Notes: a model not told the origin generated them from the sequence alone. A DNA stretch of 63,853 bases, filler included, from Reticulomyxa filosa (GCA_000512085.1; 21 parts of 21 records of this genome joined end to end with filler, not necessarily neighbours in it); one strand, 5' to 3'; positions 38,331 to 53,428 are shown, counted from the first letter of the whole stretch. Program-made: numbers and translations.

Positions 38331-39374
38331 AAAGTAACTGTTAAATCAACTGTTGTTTCTTTTTGGTTGAATGCTGTTTTGTTAATTTTCGTGTTTTTGT
38401 GTAGTACAGCTCACACGTTTTCAGTAAAAAAGTTTATGCGATAAAATTGCTTCAATTCATTTAAATTTACAATTTGAAGAATTTGCTACAAAATTTTGAA
38501 GGCAATAAATAAATATTTCAAACAAGTGTGAAGTTTTTTACAATCAATTGGCATAATTCTCGGATTATTACTGGAAAGTACCTATCGGTTATCACATTTC
38601 GCAAATTTGTAAAAATATTTAGAAACTCATTTTTATATGTTAGAACTTCTTGATGCATTATTGGTGTCATTTCCCAAAATGCTAACGCTCGGTTCTTATT
38701 TTCATTTAGCCCTTAGTCTTGCCTTTTTGCAAAGGCTGTCAAAAAACACAATTGACTTTGGGCAAATTGTTCACAACACCGGGTTGTCGCAAGACAACTA
38801 CATACTTTTGTACGTTATTCGTTGCAAAGGCAGCAAAATCGGCTTTAACAAACATGGTAAAGCTGTTATTGATTTCATATGTGGCTTTATTAGGTGATAA
38901 CTTTCAACAAGAAAAAACAAAACAGATATGAACCAACAGGTGTTGAACCTGTTAAAAATGTTATTGTCATTTTGGGGAAACGTATGTTTATTTTTTATTG
39001 TTTTCTGGTTAAGTATTCATTTTTAATGATTACTCAAGAAATACAACCTTATGTTTTAAAACGCAAAAAGTTCGTACAACGTGTTAAGTTAAATATTGTT
39101 CATTTTAATGTTTTTTTCTTACTTTTATCGTCAAGTAAAACCAATGAAAAGTGTAAATACAAGTATCTTGATTGTATAACAAATGAAATATAAATTACTT
39201 TTAATGTTATTAACTCCCAAAATTTTGTCTAATTAGGATTACATTCGATAGTCTACTTTTTCAGTAGAACTGATTCAAATCAAAGTACACTTAACTCGTT
39301 TTTTATAGCATTTTTGACGAAAGTTTTAAACACTAAAAAAAAAAGGGCTTGCTTCATTGACAAAAGAAAAAGTC

Positions 39375-39773
39375 ATGCCACGAGTGAAGCATCAAAGGTT
39401 TTTCAAGCATCAAAAATTCGTAAAAAAATGGGCAGCAGGTTTCTGGGGGAGACATTCGCGATGTTTTATATTGGCTCGTCGGAAAGTAATAAAATCATGG
39501 GAGCACGCGACGGTCGGTCGTCACAGAGCACGTCGAACAAGAAATATATTGTATATGCAACGGATCTCTGCAGCTTCTGCTGAACATGACATCTCATATT
39601 CTCGTTTATTAGGCGCGTTGCGAAGAGATAATGTTTGGTTAAGTCGTCCGATGTTGTGCGATTTTGCATTAAATGAGCCATACACTTTTCGTGAGTTATC
39701 CACACATGCTAAATTGTGTTGTGGTTTATATAATATTCCCCCATCTCATTTTTACATTCACAAAAATTATTAG
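39375..39773 (+). CDS. MRPL20: Ribosomal protein bL20, nuclear-encoded mitochondrial type
   Basis: MPRVK...WAAGFWGRHSRCFILA...YMQRISAASAEHDISYSRLLGALRRDNVWLSRPMLCDFALNEPYTFREL matches the L20 family pattern; intronless. Confidence 0.88.
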   Translation: MPRVKHQRFFKHQKFVKKWAAGFWGRHSRCFILARRKVIKSWEHATVGRHRARRTRNILYMQRISAASAEHDISYSRLLGALRRDNVWLSRPMLCDFALNEPYTFRELSTHAKLCCGLYNIPPSHFYIHKNY

Positions 39774-40171
39774 TTTGAATTTTTATTTTTTTTATTCTAA
39801 CTCAATCATACTTCCACCGACTTCGGTTAGTCCTTGTGTCATTATTTTGATAAATACATCATTGCGTGATGCAAGTGATTCCTTTAAATTTGAAGTATTC
39901 AAATTTTAGGCTGTGTTTTTTTAAAATGAAAGTTAGACTGATGTGCAATGAGAACAAGTTGATTGACAATNNNNNNNNNNNNNNNNNNNNNNNNNNNNNN
40001 NNNNNNNNNNNNNNTTAATTAATTAANNNNNNNNNNNNNNNNNNNNNNNNNNNNNNNNNNNNNNNNNNNNATGCTATTGAAAAAACGGACATTTCCATTG
40101 CATAACCAATGTCACGGACAAAAAAAAAAGCATATATATGTATGTGTATATATACATATATAACAATAAAC

Positions 40172-41193
40172 AAACCATTTTGGGTATTTTGGATTTTGCG
40201 TTAACAGGTCCTCTGCTGGCGCTGTCTGCTGTTTTGATTTTTTTTCTTCTTTTGGTTTTACTTCATCTTTTTCCTTTTCCTTTTCCTTTTCTTTCTCTTC
40301 CGCTTGTTTTTTTCTATTAGCAACCATCCCCCAAAAGTATCACTTGTGATTGCGTTCCTTTGTTTGTGGTGACACGTGGGGCACTGGGGTTTGGAATGTG
40401 AGCACACTCAAAACTTTTGTTTCTTCGCGACGGACGGCTTGATGTTTTTGGACTCATCCGATGCTACTTTGTTGTTCTGCTCTTTTTCGTCTTTTTTGGG
40501 TTTCCTACATTTTTTGATATCATAATGTCATTTATGTTTATGTATTGGTTCCCATTAACGATTATGATCAATGTATGAAAACACATCAAACACCACCACC
40601 ACTACACATGCCTAGTGTGCTCAAAAACTCAACTTGGGTAGACTACCGTTTAGCATTTGCAACAAAGGCGATTCCCAATTCGAGAGCCATTTTCATTCGT
40701 TTGTTTTGAAATTTTTTTTTTTTTTTTTTTTTTTTGAAAAAACACATGACATATATATATATATATGTATATATTAAAAATATCACAACAACAAACTGTG
40801 TACACGCAAAATCTCTTGTTTTGTTAATTAATAAAAATAAGACAAAACAAAAAACTAACCCTTGTGCTTGAGAGCGTGCAGCTTCCAATTCCTCTTCATC
40901 TTCTAACATTTGAACAATGCGTGCTGCTCGGTGTCGCACTGTCAACCAATTTTTTTTTTTTTTCCCCCATTTGTTTTTATTTTTTTGAGTTTCAAATAAA
41001 ATATGTCCCCCCCTTTTTTTTTTTTTTTTTTAATTGTAAGGGAGAAAAAATAAAATAAAATAAATTTCCAACCATTTCCGCCATAGTCTCTGTCATTCAA
41101 AATATACTTGTACTTTTTCAAGTCTCGAAAGTGTTTAATATGCGACTTGCAGGATCGAACAAATCGAGTATCGGCATATTTCAGTAGGTATTC
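40172..41193 (-). CDS. Epsin/ENTH-domain protein (partial)
   Basis: EYLLKYADTRFVRSCKSHIKHFRDLKKYKYILNDRDYGGN|VRHRAARIVQMLEDEEELEAARSQA matches the C-terminal half of an ENTH domain; followed by Lys/Glu-rich exons. Confidence 0.8.
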
Positions 41194-41293
41194 NNNNNNN
41201 NNNNNNNNNNNNNNNNNNNNNNNNNNNNNNNNNNNNNTTAATTAATTAANNNNNNNNNNNNNNNNNNNNNNNNNNNNNNNNNNNNNNNNNNNN

Positions 41294-41500
41294 TAAAATA
41301 TCATATGAATTACCAATATCTGAATGATTAGAATCCAATTTCCTCAATCTCAAATCAAATTCTTTCTTTTCAAATTCTATCGCATTGTCATATTTTTGTT
41401 TGTTATAATAAACTAGTGCCAAATTTTTGTATGAAGTAGAAACATCAATGTGATCATGCCCCAATTTATACAATCTAATTTTTAATGATTTATTACATTA
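41294..41500 (-). pseudogene. TPR (kinesin-light-chain-like) repeat fragment
   Basis: LGHDHIDVSTSYKNLALVYYNKQKYDNAIEF..RLRKLDSNHSDIGNSY; upstream frame broken. Confidence 0.7.
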
Positions 41501-41973
41501 TTCAATTGCATTATCGCACTGATTTTTTGCGTGGCAAAGTGTTTGTGTAAACTGCACTCTTTGTCTGGCTTATAGCAACTTTTAGCGAGTGTAATTCTCA
41601 ATAATCCTTTTATGTGGTTATTCAGTGACATTTTTTTGTGAATAAAAATTCCAAATTTACAAAAGTTCATAGATGAAAGGTGACGTCAAAAAAATAAATT
41701 CTCGTTAATTTTTGTAGTATTTTGCAAAGTACAGTAGAAAAAAAGTGTATATAGGTAAATATTAAATATATTGGTATTTTAGTTAGTAGAGCTTCCTTAG
41801 TTAAAAGTAACGTGCATCTCGGAAAAGCAATTTAGAAATACTTTGATGGCTGATTGGTTGTATTCAAGCAATAATTTACTTTTTTTCTTTTTTTTTTCTT
41901 CTTCTAAGCTGTTTTAAAAAAACATTAAAAAAAGATGTAAAAGCGATGAAACCACGACATGTATAAAAGTGGA

Positions 41974-43960
<1,987 letters not shown>

Positions 43961-44094
43961 AAACATTTATCAAATTTTTTTTTTTTTTTTTTTTNNNNNN
44001 NNNNNNNNNNNNNNNNNNNNNNNNNNNNNNNNNNNNNNTTAATTAATTAANNNNNNNNNNNNNNNNNNNNNNNNNNNNNNNNNNNNNNNNNNNN

Positions 44095-44137
<43 letters not shown>

Positions 44138-44147
44138 GTAAAAATAA

Positions 44148-45125
44148 CTTGAAAATATTGATATCGTCCAACGGTACCATTGCAATCGCCAGGATACGGT
44201 GAGTCCAAGACAAGACCGTACATGACGTCGTTCCAAAAGTGTACTCTTCCAGCATATCGGACAATCCCGGTACGTCCATCCACGAGAGACACTTGATACC
44301 CTTCTTTGATGACCATGGGCTCAGTACTTCCACCGTTGTCACACACTCCACTTCCGTGAGGAGTACTCTTGACATATTCTTTTTCATTCGAATGGAAGGC
44401 GGCATGTACATCCACTCCTGTCCCAGTCACTGTTGCAGTTGCAGTTGCTGCTGTCCCTGTCCCTATTACTGTTCCTGTTTCTGTCCCTGCTCCTGGTGAA
44501 AGAGTCGAGTCAACACCAGTTATTACTCCTGTTCCTTCGGTAGGAGTTGCGACGGGAGCTCCAACTCCAACACCCGCTAACAAGTTCATCACGCCACTGC
44601 CATCGCCGGCAGCAATGGAAGTGTAGTCATGGACATCCAAATCCGCTTTCGCGACCAGGGGCCCATTTGCAGAAAGACTGGGCTTCCTCGATTTCAACGG
44701 CTGAGTATGGACGGCAGAACTTCTCCTCCTCTTGCGATCGTCGAGGACGTTGCCGTCCATCATGTCGTCCAACACAATCTCTTCCGCGCTGCTGTGCTTT
44801 TCCACGTCGCTCATCACATCGGCTGGTTCAATGACCACTTCGTATTCGGCGTCTTTGCCTGGCCATTTGGACTTTTTTGGGGGCCTTTGAAATGGACCCC
44901 TTCTTTGATGCGTTTGATGCATGTACATGTTCGATGAATGCGAATAATTCTCCCCACTCTCCTCACCGTGCGCATTGACTACGTGGTTCATGTCCATTTC
45001 TTCCTCCTCTTCATCCTCCTCCAAGTATTGTGTGTTGTATTCTTCTGTTTCTTCCGACGATGAATGGTTATTGCCATTGTTGACGTTGTCTGTATGACTT
45101 TCATTTTTCCTACCATTGCGAATGA

Positions 45126-45165
<40 letters not shown>

Positions 45166-46470
45166 GTTATTTTCGTGACCTTGAATATGAAGGTTATTAT
45201 TTGCATTATCATAACCATTTCCTGAAAAGGTTTTGGAAAATCGTCTTCGACCATCGCCACCACCACCTCCGTCTTCGCCACCGCCACGTGCAGCAGTAGC
45301 AGTAGCAACAGCAACAGCAACAGCAGCGGGAGGGTCGAGACGAGCAGCCGAGTCGGCTGCTGCATTGGGATTCACTTTGGCAATGTCACGTGCCAACTCG
45401 AGTCCCGGCGGAGGGGGTGCGGGAGACTTTATCGGAGAGCGATGGACGCCCATGATACTGGTGTTGTCATCTTCGCTGTTGTGTGAGGGGGTATGAAGGT
45501 AATGGTGATAAGGAGGATGTATCAGCGGCGGATGAGAAGGAAGAGAAGAAGGAGGGACGGGACGAGATAAATGCAAATTGTCATCGTCGTTATCATTGTC
45601 ATTGTCATTGTCATATTCCATGTTGTGTGCATCTGCTGTAAGGAGATGTGTCGTGTGGCCTATGTTTTTCAATGACTGTCGTTTTTGATGGTTTTCATAA
45701 GGACGAATTGGTGAGACTGATATTGGCGGTTCCATCCCATTCATTGTTGGAAATTCCTCTTCTTCATCATCTCTCTTCTTCTTCCATTTCAATCTCTTCT
45801 TCCACTTCTATTTCTTCTTCTTCTCTTTCCATTTCCTCCTCTTCTTCTTCTTCTTCTTCTTCCATCTCTTCTTCCTCTTCCTCTTCATTGTAATCTTCGT
45901 TCTCTTCTTCCATTTCCTCCTCCTCGTTATCGCCCTCGTCTCCATGGCTATTCTCTTCGTTGGACGAACTTTCTGCCGAGCCGTGTGCTAAAGGTTCATT
46001 TCAAAAATGATCATATACACATTTTTTTTTTACATATATAAAAATTTTATTTCAACTCAAATGTCCAAATTTTTTTTTTGAAAGGGGAAAAAAAAAAAAA
46101 AAGGGACCATGAAAAAATAACAACAAAAAATTATATATATATATATATTTCGTTTTTTTTTTTGGCAATAATTAACTTCGTGTGACCATAATTTTAAAGT
46201 TTGGATTGTTGGTCATGTCGTCACTGTAACTCAAATTGGAACCGGCCACACGGTCGTGGATTTTTGTCATTCGCATTGCATTCGCGCGCTGATGTTGGTA
46301 TCCTCGTCGGTTTTCAACATTTCGTGTGTTGCTCGTCTCACCCTCGTCATCCACGTCTAACTGATATCTTAAATAGTCACTGCTTATACTTGCCCGTGTT
46401 GATTCTGCTTTTGGTCTGAGCTTTGCTCTTTTCTTCTCTTCGCCTCTCTCACCACCTTCTCCATTTTGAT
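44148..46470 (-). CDS. CAP-Gly domain protein with a long disordered N-terminus (3' truncated)
   Basis: GYQVSLVDGRTGIVRYAGRVHFWNDVMYGLVLDSPYPGDCNGTVGRYQYFQ; upstream poly-E, poly-N and Pro/His-rich tracts. Confidence 0.85.
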
Positions 46471-47046
46471 TCTGTGTTGTTTTGTTGTGTATGTTTATTT
46501 TTTTTTTTTTTGAGCAAGTAGTCTTGCCGTCTTTTTTTGTTTCTCGACCACACAAAAATTTTTGGCGTTTTTTAAGTCATATTGTTGTATCCCGAGACAG
46601 ATAAACTATTAACATGAAAATTTTTTGAATGCATTTTTTTTCAGTTATTGAAATTGGCGATCTAAATTTTTGTTGAAAAATTCTTTTCACGTCTGCCCTT
46701 GGCGCTTCAATATGCCAAGAAATTTTTTCTTCTTGGCTACCAACAAATTCTGTTGTAGAGTGCCAATTATTTTTACTGATTTACTCTATGGACAGTGTTT
46801 TCACGATGTATATGTCTTAATACAATAGTACGTTGCTTATTTGTTTTGCCGGGTTTAGATCTCGCTGATACCAAAAATGACTTTCTGCAAAAATTATTTG
46901 ATATTAACCAACTCGTAGACAATGAAGCCATTGTAAACATTATTTATTTACGATTTCATTGTCAGTGCATTATTTTATTACTTTTTACAACAGACACGTT
47001 GCGAAAAAAAGGGGTTTCTAGAAGATGCAATTATGAAAATTTAAAA

Positions 47047-48510
47047 ATGACCTTTCATTTGACTCCAGGTTCTATTTCTCAAATTTACAACGAAGAAAAT
47101 ATCATAAATCCTATTGTGCAGATTATTGATTGCAGGAAATTAACAGATACTCTAGTAACCAGATGCAGGTGACAACAAGAGGGAACACAAAGGGACATAA
47201 AACGACTGTTCTAAGAACTGCTTATAATAAATACGATCAGGTACGTTTTATCTGATGGAAATTATTTCCTTTTTGCTGTCGGTAGAGGCGAGATTCCAAG
47301 ATTGAGTGTGATAAAATTGTTGGATTTTACGTGTACTACAACAGCCAACAAAAGGTAAGAGGTTTTTTAATTGTCCTAAATGTGATTTAAAAAAAAGCAA
47401 AAAAATAAAAAAAATAAAAAGACAAGAGAAAAAAAAAAATAAAAAATGATCTACCACATGTTTGTGGTGTTATAAAATGACAGAATTTGTGTAGTAATCC
47501 AGCACGAGGTTCTGGGAAGTTGCCAGGAACAAATCGGAACACCTGTGCCCTTTAAACCTGCAGATGATACTCAAAGCTGCAATGATGAAAAGTTGTTTTT
47601 TTTTTAGCCTCTGAGAGAGAGAGAGAGAAAAAAAAAAGGAGGGAAATGTAGACAATATTAAGGAATCATACATTTTGACTAATTGCGTATGTGTGAAACA
47701 ATTTGGCAAAGAAAAAAAGAAGAAAAGCAAGATTTATACCAACCCGTTGTGACGTTAAATCCGTATCAAATCAGATGGCGGATCAAAGCACGATGCACAC
47801 AAAAGGAGCCGATTCGATCATATTCCAACGTTCGGGGCGATGGCACAGTGTTTTCAATTAATCTGCTAGACAAATTTGGAGGAGAAGTTAAAAGCAACAC
47901 ATTTAAATATAAACATACATACATACATTTATATGTTTATATTGAAATGTATAATAAGTACAATACCAAAATATTAACTATGAAATATCAAATGTGAAAT
48001 GTGAAATGTGAAATGCCAAAACAGATTCGTGCAATAGCATTTAATTACTTTGCAGATAAATTGTTCCCACTGTTTTCCAAAGGCAACGTATACATGATTA
48101 GCAGTGGCAAGGTGGTGCTGTCGAACAAGATGTATTCGCAAATCAAAAATGACTACATGATCATAATGAATGAGAAGACGGAGGTGGAGTTGTGCAAAGA
48201 CGATGACGAGAACAAGAGCAACGACAACACCGACATTGCCAAGCAAATATTTGTGTTCGTTCCGATTGAGAGTATTATGCAATCACGTATTTGGACATAC
48301 GTAGACGTCATTGGCTACGTCGAATGCGTTCAGCCGTTGCAAGTGGCCAACTCCTGCCAACGAAAGTTGAAAAAGAGGCCAATCATTTTGGTCGACCCCA
48401 GCGGGAAAATCGAAGTCACGTTGTGGGAAGGAGATGCAGAAAACTCAATGAAAACAATTGAAATGCTATCCCATTGTCGCATTCAAAGGATGTTTGGTCT
48501 GTGATTACGG
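47047..48510 (+). CDS. RPA1: Replication protein A 70-kDa subunit (3' truncated)
   Basis: LTPGSI..NPIVQII..YVLSDG (N-terminal OB fold); LNPYQIRWRIKARCTQKEPIRSYSNVRGDGTVFSINLLD..GE|IRAIAFN (DBD-A); VDVIGYV, LVDPSGKIEVTLWEGDA (DBD-B). Confidence 0.92.
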
Positions 48511-48705
48511 AGGTATTAACATATACACATATATGTATATATTTATAATATATATACATATATATGTTTATATATGTTTATATCTTTTGTACAATTTCAA
48601 ATTTCNNNNNNNNNNNNNNNNNNNNNNNNNNNNNNNNNNNNNNNNNNNNTTAATTAATTAANNNNNNNNNNNNNNNNNNNNNNNNNNNNNNNNNNNNNNN
48701 NNNNN

Positions 48706-49095
48706 AGTAAATCGGTGCTTTCATGTCATGCTCGATGGTAATTGTGAAGATGCATGTTCTTGGCAACACTGCGTAATTTTCGCCAAATGCCACTTGACAC
48801 CCTGGCAGGTTGTCGTGGCGAAAGCTTTGATAATGACTCTATGTGTATATTATTATTGTTATTTGCAATGTGTTGTTGTTTGTTTGGGGGTGATGAAGCA
48901 AACTGCGTCCGATCTATCCAATAACACCACTCCAATCGGAATGAAGACTAGTGATATCAAAAGCAATACTCCTGATACTACCACTGGGGTTATCAGTAGC
49001 TGACACGCTGCTGACTGAAAGGGCCATCCGCACATCTCGCCAAAAGTGTGTCCATGGAAGTCATGATTGATAGGGGTTTGTCTTTTTTAGATGCT
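48706..49095 (-). CDS. CDC50/LEM3/ALIS P4-ATPase flippase beta subunit, 5' part
   Basis: PFSQQR / ACQLLITPVVVSGVLLLISLVFIPIGVVLLDRSDA|...CIFTITIEHDMKAPIY matches the CDC50 N-terminus (FxQQxLxAxxPxLTP...FIPIG...MxxPIY). One frame break at ~49005-49015. Not in the ORF track in this frame. Confidence 0.8.
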
Positions 49096-49529
49096 ACTTA
49101 GCTCAGCAAATGTTGCAAACTAACACAAATATTTTCAAGGATTTTTTTTTTGTAGTAACACATGTCCTGCAGCCCCTTCGTTCCACTTTTTACTTTCTGA
49201 ACAACTTGCACGATCGATTTGAAAAATGTTTGCAATTGAATTAGTTGGAAATTGTCTTTTTTTTACGTTAATTTTTTTTTTGCAATTTCACAAACACTTG
49301 ATTTGTATAATTGATTCAATCAAATAAATTACCAATTGAAACAACAAAAATAGTATTTGTTGCAATTGAAACAAAAATATTAAATATTTTTATATACAAA
49401 TATCAATCATGAAAAGAGTTGTAATAAAATCTGAACTACTTGAGTTCTACAGTTTCCTTTTTCGGAAAAAAGAAGGGAAAACACCCAAAAAAAGAAAAAA
49501 AATTAAATGAGTTTAAAAAAACTTTTAAA

Positions 49530-50028
49530 ATGTATTACTTTCGATGTACTGGAACAGGTACTGTGCAGCCTGCGCTAACATGTTTTCCAATTCTTTTTCT
49601 CTCTCTCACTTACTGCAACACTCCTCACAAACTTACAGTGACCCGCTACAAGCTTCACGTCAGAGATATATATTGTAGAAGTGCCAAAAAAGGTATTAAA
49701 AAAGGTCAAAAGGTGAGTAGGATTGTAATCATAACAACAAATGTTTGTATGTTTACTTTTGTTTTTTGAATAATCTCCTGGTGAAATTGGTCAGAAATGT
49801 CCCGATTATGATAAAAGTTATTATTTTTTTTTTTTTGATTAAAAAAAAATAAAGAAACAAAAAATAATAAAAAAAAGGACTACAAGTGTTATATGGAAGC
49901 ACACGAACTAATGAAACAAAAGCACCCACATTTTGGTGCATTGGAAACACCAGTAATTGAAACAAAGATATGGTGGAAAAAGTTTGCAGGATATGACTAT
50001 GGTGAAGACTCTCCACAATTCACTAAAA
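49530..50028 (+). CDS. Hypothetical protein, first three exons
   Basis: MYYFRCTGT|VTRYKLHVRDIYC..GQK|DYKCYMEAHELMKQKHPHFG... can be joined by two GT-AG introns. Confidence 0.45.
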
Positions 50029-50138
50029 NNNNNNNNNNNNNNNNNNNNNNNNNNNNNNNNNNNNNNNNNNNNTTAATTAATTAANNNNNNNNNNNNNNNN
50101 NNNNNNNNNNNNNNNNNNNNNNNNNNNNAAAAAATGGC

Positions 50139-50169
<31 letters not shown>

Positions 50170-50176
<7 letters not shown>

Positions 50177-51127
50177 AAATAAAATGTCGTCATCAATGCC
50201 AAGCACTTTGACATTGGGATGGACCCACAGGGAATGATTATTGACGGCAGTGGAGTAGTTTTCGGAGGAACAAATTCTTTCCATTTTGGATTGAATGGAG
50301 AATAGTGCCTCTTTGGCTTGCTGCTTATCTCTTGTTTTGGGATTGGCTTGGTCCATGTACGATTCCAATTCGCTCATGCACGATGCAGTCATCTCTTCGC
50401 AAATAGCAGTCATCAATTTCCGTTGCTTTTTCAACTGCTCTTCCTTTTTCGCCATTATACCCTCGACACGCATCAACAGCTCTTTCTGTTTTTCGATTAC
50501 TGATGGTATTGTACTTTTATCGAGCATTGCGGTCAATTCGCTGTTATTATTGTTTGTTTGTATTTTTTTTTTTTTTAATAAAAAAAAAATTATTTTTTGA
50601 TTGGGTGCGAAATGTTTAACGAAACGCTTGAATCGCTTTGCTTGTCTCATCGCTTTCGTTTGTCCATTGGGCTATCTTTTGTTCAATGAAATTTGCGACA
50701 ACACCAACGTCCCTTAATCGGTCTTCCAAATCGTGTATTGCCTTTTGCTCTTCAGGGTACACCAATACGTGCTTCTTGTCATCTTCCACGTCACCATCTC
50801 TCGATGGCATTGTACCCGCGCTCTTCATTTCCATTACTACGTTCGGCTGTTTCTGCTCATTTTGTAATCGTGATACTGCTGTCACAAAACGCTTTATCAT
50901 TTGCTTGTCCAGTTCCAAGTCCGTTTCTGCAAACTTTTCTCATTTTTTTTTTTTTTGCATTCCTTTTTAAAAACTGTATATTCATATGCGACATGTATAG
51001 TTTGTTTGTGTCACACCGCTTTCAAATCATCTGGATTGAAATCACACAACTCCTCCAGTGTCACATTTCTCTTTTTAAAAACTTTTTCAAGAGAGCCCAG
51101 ATCATTTGCCACGAGCCACGTTTGCAT
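50170..51127 (-). CDS. SAM-domain plus coiled-coil protein (3' truncated)
   Basis: MQTWLVANDLGSLEKVFKKRNVTLEELCDFNPDDLKA|FAETDLELDKQMIKRFVTAVSRL is SAM-like and is followed by coiled-coil exons; possible upstream exon from 51354. Confidence 0.7.
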
Positions 51128-51494
51128 TTTGTCAGATGGCAATTATTTATTTATTCTTCAAAAAAAAACTTCCCTTATTTCTACGCTTTCTGCTTCTCAC
51201 GTTTTGTTGATTGTGATGCAGTATGATTATCGAATTTTTTTGCAACCACCTAAAATTTGTCCTTGCATGAGGATATTAAAATCAAATATGTAGATTGGCA
51301 GATGTGGCACTGTTTTGTGGAATTAAGTAACCTTTCGGCAATCTTTTTGTCCATGCAAAACCTTGGCACCTAAAAAAATAAAGGCAAAAATTTTGTTCAT
51401 ATGTTCAACAGCAATACTGAACGAACAATGCAAAGGGAAAAACTCCAGTTCCTTTTTATACTAGAGTGAACTAAATCCTGTTTGACCTAAAAGA

Positions 51495-53428
51495 ATGAGC
51501 GATCAGAAAGAGTCTTTTTTTGAGAGAGTTTCAAAAGCAAAAGACGAACAAATTGGAAAAACAAATACATGGAAAAAAAAAAAAGATTGCAAAAGCGCCA
51601 CAATTCGCAAGACAAGCTAGCTCTATTTTTTGATAATGTTACACATAATGACAAGAGGATGTTGATGTTTCATATCCATGCTTAAATGATAGAATTGAGG
51701 GACTCTCTAATGATGAGATATTCAAAAAACACTACGCTGTTTTTTGTGAAGCAGAGCGATCAGAAGACTTGTCACAATTTAAATTGGACTCGCAAAACAA
51801 CCCTTACATTGACATAAATGACACAGGTAATGGAAATCGACAAGCTCCATTGCACCCGGCAATCAACAATAGACATCAAGATGCTGCTCGTTGTTGTGTT
51901 GAAAATGGTGCATACATTAATACCAGAGCCTATGAAAGGTTAAGAGATCAACGATGCAAAAGTTTTATATTTAACAGCGTAGCTGTTAATAAAGAAAAGA
52001 TTAATGATGAAAATATAATGCATGAAAGCACAAAAAAAGTGAACAGTGAAAACGCATTAAATATTGTTTCCAATGTATACTATTTTTTTTTACTTTTTTT
52101 GTTTTTTTTTTTGGATCCATTTGGAATGTGTACAAATCCCATGATAGATAGTACCGTCGACGAGCGAAGAAAAAGAGGAAGCAATGCCGGAGTTGCAAGA
52201 AGCAGAGGACTGGCTGAAGATATTAATTGCAAATGCAAAGCAATATCAAGAATTGACTGGAGAGCCATTGGTGAAGACTTTGACTAACAATGAACTTGCC
52301 CAAGCAAACGAGCAAGTAGATATAATTATAGGTGTTGAATTGAAGCAAAAACAACTTTCTCCCAATGAGATTGTCATTGAATTTTGTAGAATGCTAGATT
52401 TAAAGCCGAAGCAATTTCAATTAAGCTCTAAGAAAAGGGTTTGTCAATATATACATACATTTTTTGTAATTGAAAAGACAAAAAAAATTTTTTTTTATTT
52501 TTTTTTTTTAATCAGATCGATAATAGTGTCAACAGCTATGATATTTAACAACAGCAGCGAAGTAATATTATTTTCCAATAGATTGAACCAGATGAATTTA
52601 GATAGACTAAGAGATTGTATGGTGATCTTTTTATGTATGTGCAGTCTTCCCAAACCATATCACGACGAAGAGACAGGTAAAGTGTATATGTTACGTACAA
52701 AGGCGTTGTTTAATCCCGATTATGATCGTATATACTCACCCAAACACATTTATTGGGACGGCTCTCTCAATGATGGGAGAGATCGTGGCAAACATCCTTA
52801 TTTTTGTCCAGTTGGATGGAAGCGATACTCCCTTCGTGTGGCAGATGCCGAAAGTGATGAGGATTTTTATGAGCGCTTCAAAGGATGGCACATTGCATAT
52901 CATGGTACTCAGTACAAATTTGGTTTGGCTATTATTTTGTCCGGATTAGCCATCACTCGTGGCGGAGATTATAACTCAGGTCTGTATGCGAGTCCCTCCA
53001 TCACTTATGCGGCTCATCCTAGATATAGCTCTATCGAAAAAATTGATCCTAAAAATCGATTTTATTTTTCCGAACAAGGCAATGCCAATTATGTGCAAAT
53101 GGTTTTGGAACTGAGAATTCATCCGGACTGCTTATCAAAGATTAAACCTGAGACTTTTGGCTTCCTTAAAAGAAGAAGAATTGACCCGAATTTTAAAAAC
53201 AGTAAACTTGAATGGGTACTTACAGGCTCTGATTTTTTTGATTTTAACTCACCAGACCGTAAAGTAGTTTGTAGTGGAATTATGGCCCGAACTACTGACA
53301 AACATCCTGCATTGTTACCTGGCTCTTATTGGTGGTGGAAAATAAGCTGTAAAGAGTACTGGCTTGACTCCAAGCCTGAACTCAGTACAGCAAAAAACAA
53401 AGAAATAGCAAATTATGTGTTGGAGTGA
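51495..53428 (+). CDS. Ankyrin-repeat + NEURL4-type ADP-ribosyltransferase domain protein
   Basis: Ankyrin: NRQAPLHPAINNRHQDAARCCVENGAYIN. Intron 52075-52147 joins it in frame to YFCPVGWKRYSL, WHIAYHGT, GLYASPSITYA..RYS, QMVLELRIHP, ET, IDPNFKNSKLEW. The 5'-most exon is uncertain. Confidence 0.78.

Noticed and set aside
38700-38990. Minus-strand spliced frame IRFPKMTITFLTGSTP|LSPNKATYEINNSF, faintly like mitochondrial uL23, head-to-head with bL20
   Set aside because: In-frame stop just upstream and no L23 similarity downstream; too weak to call without a profile search.
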